Shown here: piece by piece, positions 1 to 5,409 of the stretch
Layout of the letters: each line of letters opens with the position of its first letter
Position numbering within the stretch: position 1 is the first letter of the stretch
Assembly: GCA_030649345.1 (NCBI GenBank)
Contig: JAUSKK010000024.1
Location: forward strand, 1 to 9,317
Direction: 5' to 3'
Origin: Candidatus Iainarchaeum sp.
GTDB lineage: Archaea > Iainarchaeota > Iainarchaeia > Iainarchaeales > 0-14-0-20-34-12
DNA length: 9,317 bases
Translations under genes and position numbers: made by a program
The notes under the pieces: model-generated
Database searches by the model: none
The model's input: only the letters and a program-made list of their open reading frames with translations
What the model was told of the DNA's origin: nothing

Positions 1-225
1 TAGAATATCGGTTAATTCTTGAGGCCGGCAATTTCTTGTAATAATTTTTCGTTGAATGCTTTCTTTGCTTTTCACTCGAAATGAAACAGCTGCTTCTCCA
101 ATTCCTTGAGCTTTTAATAATTTATCGAGTCGTCCATGTAAGCTGGGTGCAATGTCATGGGCTTCAAATTGTAATCGTTCAATAGCTTTCGCTAGGTTTG
201 AATTTTCTTTGCTCTCTTGCTCCAT
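1..225 (-). CDS. RelA/SpoT-domain nucleotidyltransferase (small-alarmone-synthetase-like), N-terminal 75 codons only; the gene runs off the left edge
   Basis: Not in the ORF track because there is no stop inside the window. ATG at 225-223, with the frame open to base 1: MEQESKENSNLAKAIERLQFEAHDIAPSLHGRLDKLLKAQGIGEAAVSFRVKSKESIQRKIITRNCRPQELTDIL. The FRVKSKESIQRKI...LTDI stretch matches the start of the RelA/SpoT synthetase domain pattern (RVK..SI..K, then DI.G.R). A TATA-like box lies 26 nt upstream of the ATG. Confidence 0.5.
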   Translation of the reverse strand, partial: MEQESKENSNLAKAIERLQFEAHDIAPSLHGRLDKLLKAQGIGEAAVSFRVKSKESIQRKIITRNCRPQELTDIL

Positions 226-247
226 GTTAAAATTTTAATCCAAACGT

Positions 248-254
248 CTTTAAA
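248..254 (-). promoter_or_regulatory. TATA-like box (TTTAAAG on minus strand) for the RelA/SpoT-like gene; spacing suggests a leaderless mRNA
   Basis: The centre is about 26 nt upstream of the A of the ATG at 225. There is no GGAGG/GGTGA between the box and the ATG. AT-rich background lowers specificity. Confidence 0.35.
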
Positions 255-363
255 CTTGTTCTTTTTTCAAAAAAGTCACTAATCAAAATTAGAAAAATGA
301 ATTTTTCGTTGATTGTGGAAAATTTTTTGAATTTGTTTAGGTTGGTTAAATAATTTTTGAACA

Positions 364-410
364 AGCCCGGATGACTTCCCACATCAGAACCTGCGGTTCC
401 GATACCTCCC
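364..410. other. GC-rich island in AT-rich spacer; possible small structured RNA or rRNA/tRNA-derived relic, function unknown
   Basis: AGCCCGGATGACTTCCCACATCAGAACCTGCGGTTCCGATACCTCCC stands out from flanking DNA that is almost pure A/T. It has two small hairpins: GATG-N8-CATC at 370-385 and GAACC-TGC-GGTTC at 387-399. The second extends to 7 bp with one G-U pair only when read on the minus strand. No plausible ORF is present. Confidence 0.25.
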
Positions 411-472
411 TTTGAGTTTATTTTGCAAATTATGAATCCTAAAATAACATTAACTTTTTGATAGATTTGAAA

Positions 473-620
473 CGAGCCCGGAGGGATTTGAACCCTCGGC
501 GCCCTGATCCCGCCCTTTTCTCTTCGCAAGAGAAAAGTGCAGGTTGCCCAAAAGAGAAACCGCAATTTCTTTCACAAAAAGGTAAGAGTCAGGTGCTCTG
601 CCAGGCTGAGCTACGGGCCC
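473..620 (-). tRNA. tRNA-Lys (anticodon CUU) interrupted by a 74-nt intron at the canonical 37/38 position; no encoded CCA
   Basis: Minus strand reads GGGCCCG TA GCTC AGCCTGGCA GAGC A CCTGA CTCTTA [intron] A TCAGG GCGCC GAGGG TTCAAAT CCCTC CGGGCTC G. All four stems pair, with one G-U in the acceptor stem. It has a T-loop TTCAAAT, a U33 equivalent, and anticodon CTT at 586-584. The mature length is 74 nt. ORFs 227..565(-) and 537..761(+) overlap it and are spurious. Confidence 0.85.
509..582 (-). other. tRNA-Lys intron (74 nt; boundary ambiguous by 1 nt, since position 38 could be A or C)
   Basis: This is the sequence between A37 and A38: CCTTTTTGTGAAAGAAATTGCGGTTTCTCTTTTGGGCAACCTGCACTTTTCTCTTGCGAAGAGAAAAGGGCGGG. 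It contains a perfect hairpin CTTTTCTCTT-GCG-AAGAGAAAAG (plus-strand 515-537) and a second imperfect hairpin AAAGAAA-TTGCGG-TTTCTCTTT. Confidence 0.7.
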
Positions 621-687
621 GTGTTTTGTGCAGTTAGTTCAATTCAATACTGTTGTTTACTGAATTGGGTATTAAATAAAAAGAATT

Positions 688-722
688 TGAAAATAAAAAA
701 GGAGTGGTCTGATCTGCAGACC
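688..722 (-). terminator. Hairpin plus oligo-T tract downstream of the eL41 gene
   Basis: On the minus strand, GGTCTG-CAGAT-CAGACC (706-722) is followed by ACTCCTTTTTTATTTTC. It begins 15 nt after the eL41 stop. Archaeal termination at oligo-T is established knowledge; a role for the hairpin is uncertain. Confidence 0.35.
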
Positions 723-736
723 AATAAATGTATTGT

Positions 737-865
737 TTATGCTGCGCGTTTTCTGAGGTAGCGTTTCTTTCGTTTTCGTCTGCGCATTTTCTTTTTTTCC
801 CATTTCCATCTTTGCCGGGCTTTGGTCTTTTTGAATCTGCTTGAATCTCTGCTTTTTGTACTCAA
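737..865 (-). CDS. rpl41e: Ribosomal protein eL41 (L41e), 42 codons, probable TTG start
   Basis: Too short for the ORF track. Translation: (M)STKSRDSSRFKKTKARQRWKWEKKKMRRRKRKKRYLRKRAA. The C-terminal RWKWEKKKMRRRKRKKRYLRKR aligns residue for residue with the eukaryotic eL41 pattern [22 protein letters not shown] as I remember it. GGTGA lies 5 nt upstream of the TTG at 865. The only in-frame ATG (787) would give just 16 aa. Confidence 0.65.
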   Translation of the reverse strand: MSTKSRDSSRFKKTKARQRWKWEKKKMRRRKRKKRYLRKRAA

Positions 866-991
866 TATTTCACCATATATAAATAGTTTAATTAGAATTA
901 AATAAAGTAAATATTTAAAAATAGAAGTAACGCTTTTGACAAATGCTTTAGAAAAAATTTCTAATGCAAAAAAAGAAAATGGATGTGCTTT

Positions 992-1483
992 TTAGTTAAA
1001 GCACCAATAACCAGTACAATAGGCTGGAGCTGGAAGTCTGGCTGTATAGCTGGAAGTTGGATAAAATCCATTTTGAGTATAGTATCCGTAAACTCCGCTT
1101 CTGTAATTGTTTCCATAACCATAACTTGGGTAACCATAGCCGTATCCTGCGTATGAATTGCCATAACTCATTCGATTGTACATAGAATAACTGCCATCAT
1201 AGTCCACATAATAAGGTCTAGGACTAACAGTCATACAGTTAGCGTATGGGTAACAAGGATAATATCCTGTGTTGTTAAATTGCCCAGAATCGTATAAAGC
1301 ACCACTAAAAGTTTCATTTCCTTTTCTATAGCTTACTTGAATGGATTGACTTCCTGCATTGTAAACACTTACATTCTGATAGTCATTACCTTTTGAATAG
1401 CTTGTATCCAGGGAATAATAAGAAAATCCCGGCAAGGCAAGCAAAATTAAAATGCCTAATAAACCCAAAATTCGTTTCATCAT
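992..1483 (-). CDS. Secreted Tyr/Gly/Ser/Asn-rich low-complexity protein with N-terminal signal peptide
   Basis: ORF track 992..1504, trimmed to the ATG at 1483 (MMKRILGLLGILILLALPGFS). The GTG at 1504 would sit inside the TATA-like box. The mature part is about one-fifth Tyr, with YGYGYPSYGYGNNY-type runs and two Cys pairs (CYPYANC, CTGYWC). Confidence 0.7.
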   Translation of the reverse strand: MMKRILGLLGILILLALPGFSYYSLDTSYSKGNDYQNVSVYNAGSQSIQVSYRKGNETFSGALYDSGQFNNTGYYPCYPYANCMTVSPRPYYVDYDGSYSMYNRMSYGNSYAGYGYGYPSYGYGNNYRSGVYGYYTQNGFYPTSSYTARLPAPAYCTGYWCFN

Positions 1484-1505
1484 ATAACTATAGTATTCAA
1501 ACACC

Positions 1506-1515
1506 TATTTAAATA
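1506..1515 (-). promoter_or_regulatory. TATA-like box (TATTTAAATA) about 27 nt upstream of the ATG at 1483
   Basis: The position is consistent with a leaderless start at 1483 and argues against the GTG start at 1504. Confidence 0.35.
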
Positions 1516-1647
1516 TTCACTTTTCACGTGAACCAGTTATTTAATTGCTTTTGGGTGTTTTTATGGACTAAGATGGATTTTTAACCTTTTTTTTCTTGCT
1601 TTAATACAATTAGGGGTAACTTTTAGTAAATTGGGGTGTAGATTGCT

Positions 1648-1785
1648 ATGAAGAAAATTTGTGCTAGTTGCGGTGTTGTGTTTGAAGTCAAAACTGATCC
1701 GAGTTTTTGTTCAGAAAAATGTAAATCTAACTTTCCTAAATCTAGCTTGATTGGAAGAAATGCAATTCGCGGAAAATCATATTAA
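1648..1785 (+). CDS. Small Zn-ribbon protein (45 aa), DUF2116-like CxxC...FCSxxC
   Basis: Too short for the ORF track. Translation: MKKICASCGVVFEVKTDPSFCSEKCKSNFPKSSLIGRNAIRGKSY. It has CxxC at residues 5-8 and FCSEKC at 20-25, which is typical of small archaeal Zn-ribbon proteins. GGGGTG lies 9 nt upstream. A T7 run immediately follows the stop. This is the only plus-strand gene. Confidence 0.55.
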   Translation: MKKICASCGVVFEVKTDPSFCSEKCKSNFPKSSLIGRNAIRGKSY

Positions 1786-1790
1786 TTTTT

Positions 1791-2252
1791 TTATTGATTT
1801 TCCAATTCTTTTATTTTTTCAATTTCAATTAATTGCAGTCCTTTTTCTAAATTCCATTCCGTACTTTTTTCTGCATTTACTTCCAGTACATATTGTGCCG
1901 GTTGTTCTGAATTGTAAATTATGCAAGCTGTATTTGTACAAGGCACTGCATTTGCAATATTTACAATTTTTCCTTCTTTATTCAAAAAAATAATATCCAA
2001 TGGAATTTTTGTATTTTTCATCCAAAAATGCTGGATTTGTTCTTGTTCAAATACAAAAAGCATTCCTTGATTTTCCGGCAAATTTTCTCGGAGCATTAAT
2101 CCTTGGGTTCTTTGTTCTGGGGTGATTGCTAATTCAATGTTTAAGTTTACAATTCCGTTTCCTGTATTGATTTCTAAAACTGGAAGCGTTGTTTGAGTTG
2201 CTGTGCAACCCAGTAAAAAAAGAATCAATAGTATTTCAAATTTTTGTTTCAT
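1791..2252 (-). CDS. DUF192 (COG1430) family protein with lipoprotein-type signal
   Basis: ORF track 1791..2336, trimmed to the ATG at 2252 (MKQKFEILLILFLLGC), whose A is the last base of the upstream gene's TAA (TAATG). GLMLRENLPENQGMLFVFEQEQIQHFWMKNTKIPLDIIFLNKEGKIV matches the DUF192 signature GLM...GMLF...FWMKNT..PLDI.F. Confidence 0.8.
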   Translation of the reverse strand: MKQKFEILLILFLLGCTATQTTLPVLEINTGNGIVNLNIELAITPEQRTQGLMLRENLPENQGMLFVFEQEQIQHFWMKNTKIPLDIIFLNKEGKIVNIANAVPCTNTACIIYNSEQPAQYVLEVNAEKSTEWNLEKGLQLIEIEKIKELENQ

Positions 2253-2974
2253 TAAATCAGTCCTACTAAATATAGTATTCCAATTATTGTGGGCTGATGG
2301 ATTAAATAAATCATTAAGCTTTGCTTTCCAAGCCATTGCATTCCTTTAGCTAACCTAGTATTGGGCTCTCTTAACTCAAACTTTCGTTTTCCGTTGGGGT
2401 AAATTGTTTTTCCAATAAACATTCCGATTAGAATGATTCCAAACCAGGGAAAAATTGGAAAATAATCCAAAGTGTAAAAATTAACTGGAGGCAATCCTGC
2501 CCATAAAAGCCAAGGAATTGAAAGCGTAATTGAATTTAATCCAATCCAGGTTCCGAGTGCAAGTATTGCAAGTCCAAATATTAAATTGAGCTTGTAAAAT
2601 TTTTGAAAAAAATAACTTAACAAAATACTGACTGCAATCAAATGAATAATTCCAAATACAATAAATCCTTTTCCTGGATAAATCCAGGTTACTAAAGTAA
2701 TCAGCAAACCAATTCCAAATAATGTAATTGCTCGTTTGAAAAATTTTTGAAATTTTGAACTTTTTGAATAACTAATGCTTAAAGAGATTCCAACCAATAA
2801 CAAAAATAGGCTGGCTGTTGTTCTTTGAAAAATTAACCAAAATCCTTGATACATTTCATTTTGTAAAATTCCGAAATAGTTTAAGTCAAAAAAGAAATGA
2901 AATACAATCATTAGAATGATTGCAATTCCGCGCAATAAATCTAATTCAAAGAATCGTTGTTGGTCTGAATTCAT
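2252..2974 (-). CDS. DUF1624 / heparan-alpha-glucosaminide N-acetyltransferase-like polytopic membrane protein
   Basis: ORF track 2252..3115, trimmed to the ATG at 2974 (MNSDQQRFFELDLLRGIAIILMIVFHFFFD) to remove a 128-nt overlap with the upstream gene. The R..ELDLLRG.A...M..H motif and roughly 7 or more hydrophobic segments fit DUF1624. Confidence 0.7.
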   Translation of the reverse strand: MNSDQQRFFELDLLRGIAIILMIVFHFFFDLNYFGILQNEMYQGFWLIFQRTTASLFLLLVGISLSISYSKSSKFQKFFKRAITLFGIGLLITLVTWIYPGKGFIVFGIIHLIAVSILLSYFFQKFYKLNLIFGLAILALGTWIGLNSITLSIPWLLWAGLPPVNFYTLDYFPIFPWFGIILIGMFIGKTIYPNGKRKFELREPNTRLAKGMQWLGKQSLMIYLIHQPTIIGILYLVGLI

Positions 2975-2987
2975 AAATATTTTTTTA

Positions 2988-3536
2988 TTAAAGTAATCTA
3001 AGTCGTTTATTTTTTGGTTTGGGCTTTTTAAGTCCAAGTCTTGTAAGAGGTCTTGCTGGTCTTCTAGGTCTTGTTTGGGTTCGCATTTTTTTCCATCGGC
3101 TATAAAATTCGTCAATTTGTTTTCGGTAATTTTCTCCTATAACTTCGTTTAAGTGTTCTCGCGCTGCTCTTTTTGCTTCATCTATTGGATGGCCCAAGTT
3201 TGCAAAATAAGTTTCTAGTCTTCCCAACGTGCTTTGAACATCATCGCGTTTCTGTAAAAGTCCATGTTGTTCCAATAATGCTTTGGTTCTAGGAATGTCT
3301 AATTGTATTCCTGTTCTTGCATTCAATGCAGTTACTAATTTTGTTGGGAGTATTGCATCTCTTACTAGATCTGTTGTTTTTGCAATCCAATAATTAGCCA
3401 ATACATCCACTGCAAAGGGCGCGGCAAACCATTGACTTTTGGATAAACTTTTCCAAACCAATACTTTTGTTTTTCCAGTTTGAATAATTGCACATTTTCG
3501 TTTTTCAGAATCTGTAAAAACTTCTATAATTTGCAT
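2988..3536 (-). CDS. Hypothetical protein (182 aa) with Arg/Lys/Pro-rich C-terminal tail
   Basis: Complete ORF with ATG at 3536. It lies 32 nt after the lipoprotein gene and 13 nt before the DUF1624 gene. I recognise no family motif. The tail reads RTQTRPRRPARPLTRLGLKKPKPKNKRLRLL. Confidence 0.65.
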   Translation of the reverse strand: MQIIEVFTDSEKRKCAIIQTGKTKVLVWKSLSKSQWFAAPFAVDVLANYWIAKTTDLVRDAILPTKLVTALNARTGIQLDIPRTKALLEQHGLLQKRDDVQSTLGRLETYFANLGHPIDEAKRAAREHLNEVIGENYRKQIDEFYSRWKKMRTQTRPRRPARPLTRLGLKKPKPKNKRLRLL

Positions 3537-3568
3537 AAGTATCTGATTGTCTTTCTGTATTAAAATCT

Positions 3569-5245
3569 TTATCGATTGTATTTAATTGGATTTTGAAAAG
3601 CTTCTGCTGGAGTACAGCTTCCAGTTTTGTATTCAATATTTAGTTCTGTATCTGAAATCATTTGCACTAAAATTTTCCCAGTGCCGCCTTGATCATAACA
3701 GTAAATTTGTCCATCCGCTCTTACTTCTGAAAATTTTCTGTTAATTGTGCCGGAATTTTGCGGGCTAAAAATCCATTCCGATGCTTCTTTGAATGTTCCA
3801 CCTACAGAGATTACGTTTTGAGCTGCATCTCTATTGTCGTTTACAAATGCCAATTGTTTTTCCCAATTGTTGTAGGAAAAACTGTCTGCTCCATTAAACC
3901 AGTTTCCTTGCAGTGTTCCTAAAATATCCTGCATAATTTGTCCGCATTTGGGTTCTCCAGTTCCTATGACTTTTGAATACAATTGCGTTTTGACTGAATT
4001 TTCATAATAGTCTAAAGGGCATTGCGCGTAAAAACTTCTGGGCCGATACAATCCCTCGATATCGTCTCCGTACCGGACTGGGTTTGCAAATTCATTTTTG
4101 GTTGCATAATCCAATACTCCAAAATCAAAATTACCTTGCATGTGTCCAACTCTTCCAATTTCTTCTCTTGCATTTGCTTTATAGAATAAATCTTTAGTGC
4201 AATTCGGCAAGTTTTGGTCTGAATATCTGCAAGGTGCTGTTTCGTTTGCATTTTTTATGGTGTCTGAAATTCCTTTTACGTGATTAAAGTATCCTAAGAG
4301 TTCTTTACAGACTCCAAATCGGATAGTGTATTCTTGAATTTGTCCTAAGTCATCAAATCCAGAAGAAATTTCATAAATGTAAATTTCACCAGGTGCCAAT
4401 AAAGGAACTGTATTGGTTGTAGTTCTTCCTGCAAAAATGTGAAAATACATGTGTTCTGTTGGCGTTGTATGCCCCGGTGGTCCAATAGCTCCGAGTCTTT
4501 CAATTTCCATCAAATTGCTTAAATTTACAATCGGTTCAGTAAATTTTTGACCAACACAATCAGGCAATTGGTTTAATAATGCTGTTTCTTTTTGGCTTCT
4601 TTCATTTTGACCAGTGGGTGAAGTATTGGTGGGTGATTCAAAATTTTCTGGATTTAATGTTTCTAATTTTTCTCGCAGAGCAGAAACTTGCGTTAAATTA
4701 AATTCTTGATTTTCTAAATCATCTAATTCTTGTTTCATTCGATTGTAATGATCTGGTCCAACCAAAGTGTTGTTGGCAATAATTTCGTCAATTTCTTGTT
4801 TGAGTGCAGTGAATTTTTCTTCTAATTCAATTTCATTTTCTTCAGTAACTCCGTCAGTTGTTAAGACATATTCTTCTGGTTTTAGAGTTAACAATTTTGT
4901 TCTGAGTTCTTCAATTTTTTCTTGCGAAATTCCTTCTTGTTCTAATTCGTTTAATTCTGTTTCCAGTTCAGCATATCTATCTTCTCCAATTGCAAGCCCA
5001 TCTTGGATCAATATTCCAATCACTCTTTCCAACTCATTCAATCTATTTTGAATACTTTTATTTTCTAAATCTTCTGTTTGAATTTGAGTTCCTGGAACTA
5101 TTTCGTGTTCTTGATTTTCAGTTCTTGTTTCTTGGACTTGCAGTTCTGTTCCCGTATTCTGGTCAGTTAATTCAATTGTTTTTTGGGTGCACCCTGTGGC
5201 CAAAATTAGAATTAATACTATTGCAAGAAAATGTATTTTTTGCAT
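3569..5245 (-). CDS. Large secreted lipoprotein (558 aa): lipobox, two coiled-coil-like tandem repeats, Cys-containing C-terminal globular domain of unknown family
   Basis: MQKIHFLAIVLILILATGC has a signal plus lipobox Cys19. An acidic helical region contains two repeats of about 62 aa. The C-terminal region of about 330 aa has several conserved-looking Cys/His stretches (GPPGHTTPTEHMYFHI, GRVGHMQGNFDFGVLD). Confidence 0.85.
   Translation of the reverse strand: MQKIHFLAIVLILILATGCTQKTIELTDQNTGTELQVQETRTENQEHEIVPGTQIQTEDLENKSIQNRLNELERVIGILIQDGLAIGEDRYAELETELNELEQEGISQEKIEELRTKLLTLKPEEYVLTTDGVTEENEIELEEKFTALKQEIDEIIANNTLVGPDHYNRMKQELDDLENQEFNLTQVSALREKLETLNPENFESPTNTSPTGQNERSQKETALLNQLPDCVGQKFTEPIVNLSNLMEIERLGAIGPPGHTTPTEHMYFHIFAGRTTTNTVPLLAPGEIYIYEISSGFDDLGQIQEYTIRFGVCKELLGYFNHVKGISDTIKNANETAPCRYSDQNLPNCTKDLFYKANAREEIGRVGHMQGNFDFGVLDYATKNEFANPVRYGDDIEGLYRPRSFYAQCPLDYYENSVKTQLYSKVIGTGEPKCGQIMQDILGTLQGNWFNGADSFSYNNWEKQLAFVNDNRDAAQNVISVGGTFKEASEWIFSPQNSGTINRKFSEVRADGQIYCYDQGGTGKILVQMISDTELNIEYKTGSCTPAEAFQNPIKYNR
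4640..5053 (-). repeat. Intragenic tandem duplication of about 62 codons, two copies (4868-5053 and 4640-4825)
   Basis: IQNRLNELERVIGILIQDGLAIGEDRYAELETELNELEQEGISQEKIEELRTKLLTLKPEEY aligns without gaps to LEEKFTALKQEIDEIIANNTLVGPDHYNRMKQELDDLENQEFNLTQVSALREKLETLNPENF. Shared positions include G.D.Y, EL..LE, LR.KL.TL.PE. Confidence 0.6.
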
Positions 5246-5268
5246 TTAATAGACTATTATTTTCTAGT

Positions 5269-5276
5269 ATTAATAA
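5269..5276 (-). promoter_or_regulatory. TATA-like box (TTATTAAT) about 27 nt upstream of the lipoprotein ATG at 5245
   Basis: Spacing is consistent with a leaderless operon start. It also forms one arm of the 14-bp inverted repeat 5265-5278 / 5365-5378. Confidence 0.35.
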
Positions 5277-5384
5277 TTGCTCCCGACGGACATCTACATT
5301 AGAGTAGTGTTCTCTTAGGTCGAATAGTGTCTTTTTTCACCTTTAATTTCTATTACGTCTTTGAAATTATTAATACTATCGAAA

Positions 5385-5397
5385 GTTAGGCACTACA
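5385..5397. repeat. 13-bp direct repeat copy 1 (GTTAGGCACTACA)
   Basis: It is an exact match to 5628-5640. It is preceded by a TATA-like TTATTAAT with a 10-nt gap. It lies 13 nt beyond the stop of the RHH gene. Confidence 0.6.
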
Positions 5398-5409
5398 CAG
5401 AAATTGGAT

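Noticed and set aside
364-482. Shared octamer AGCCCGGA (364-371 and 475-482) as attL/attR of an element integrated at the tRNA
   Set aside because: Only 8 nt are shared, the copies are about 100 nt apart with nothing between them but spacer, and no integrase is present. I kept it only as a detail of the GC-island finding.
227-565. 112-aa minus-strand ORF from the track
   Set aside because: It runs straight through the 3' exon and intron of the tRNA-Lys gene and the AT-rich spacer. It has no plausible internal start with a promoter or SD, and its low-complexity translation looks non-coding.
364-582. C/D-box or H/ACA guide RNA in the GC island or in the tRNA intron
   Set aside because: I could not place RUGAUGA and CUGA boxes with sensible spacing. 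The closest strings are GGATGA, CAGA and CTGATGTG. There is also no ACA box at an appropriate distance from a hairpin.
537-761. 74-aa plus-strand ORF from the track
   Set aside because: It is antisense to the tRNA-Lys 5' exon and intron and to the eL41 terminator and 3' end. Both of those features have much stronger support.
785-787. ATG at 787 as the eL41 start (16-aa peptide MRRRKRKKRYLRKRAA)
   Set aside because: This would delete the conserved RWKW part of eL41. The TTG at 865 with GGTGA upstream gives a product of the expected size. Start choice remains uncertain.
961-1164. 67-aa ORF overlapping the Tyr-rich gene in another frame
   Set aside because: It lies entirely inside the longer ORF, which has a signal peptide and promoter. 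It is a typical shadow frame of a repetitive codon pattern.
1523-1532. 10-bp perfect palindrome TTCACGTGAA in the divergent spacer between the Tyr-rich gene and the Zn-ribbon gene
   Set aside because: It is short, single-copy and has no associated regulator. It could be a binding site, but on its own it is within what chance can produce in this window.
1751-1993. 80-aa plus-strand ORF
   Set aside because: It is antisense to the DUF192-like gene, which has a strong family signature. Its Phe/Leu-rich translation is typical of the reverse frame of AT-rich genes.
2253-2336. N-terminal 28 codons of the 181-aa track ORF (1791..2336)
   Set aside because: This extension overlaps the end of the DUF1624-like gene. 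The internal ATG at 2252 starts a proper lipoprotein signal (MKQKFEILLILFLLGC) and gives a TAATG stop-start junction.
2975-3115. N-terminal 47 codons of the 287-aa track ORF (2252..3115)
   Set aside because: This extension overlaps the 3' end of the 182-aa gene by 128 nt. The DUF1624-type motif begins right after the internal ATG at 2974, which leaves a clean 13-nt gap.
4012-5307. Track ORFs 4012..4251(-), 4767..5051(+) and 4990..5307(+)
   Set aside because: All three are nested in or antisense to the 558-aa lipoprotein gene. Their Ser/Phe/Leu-rich low-complexity products have no start context.
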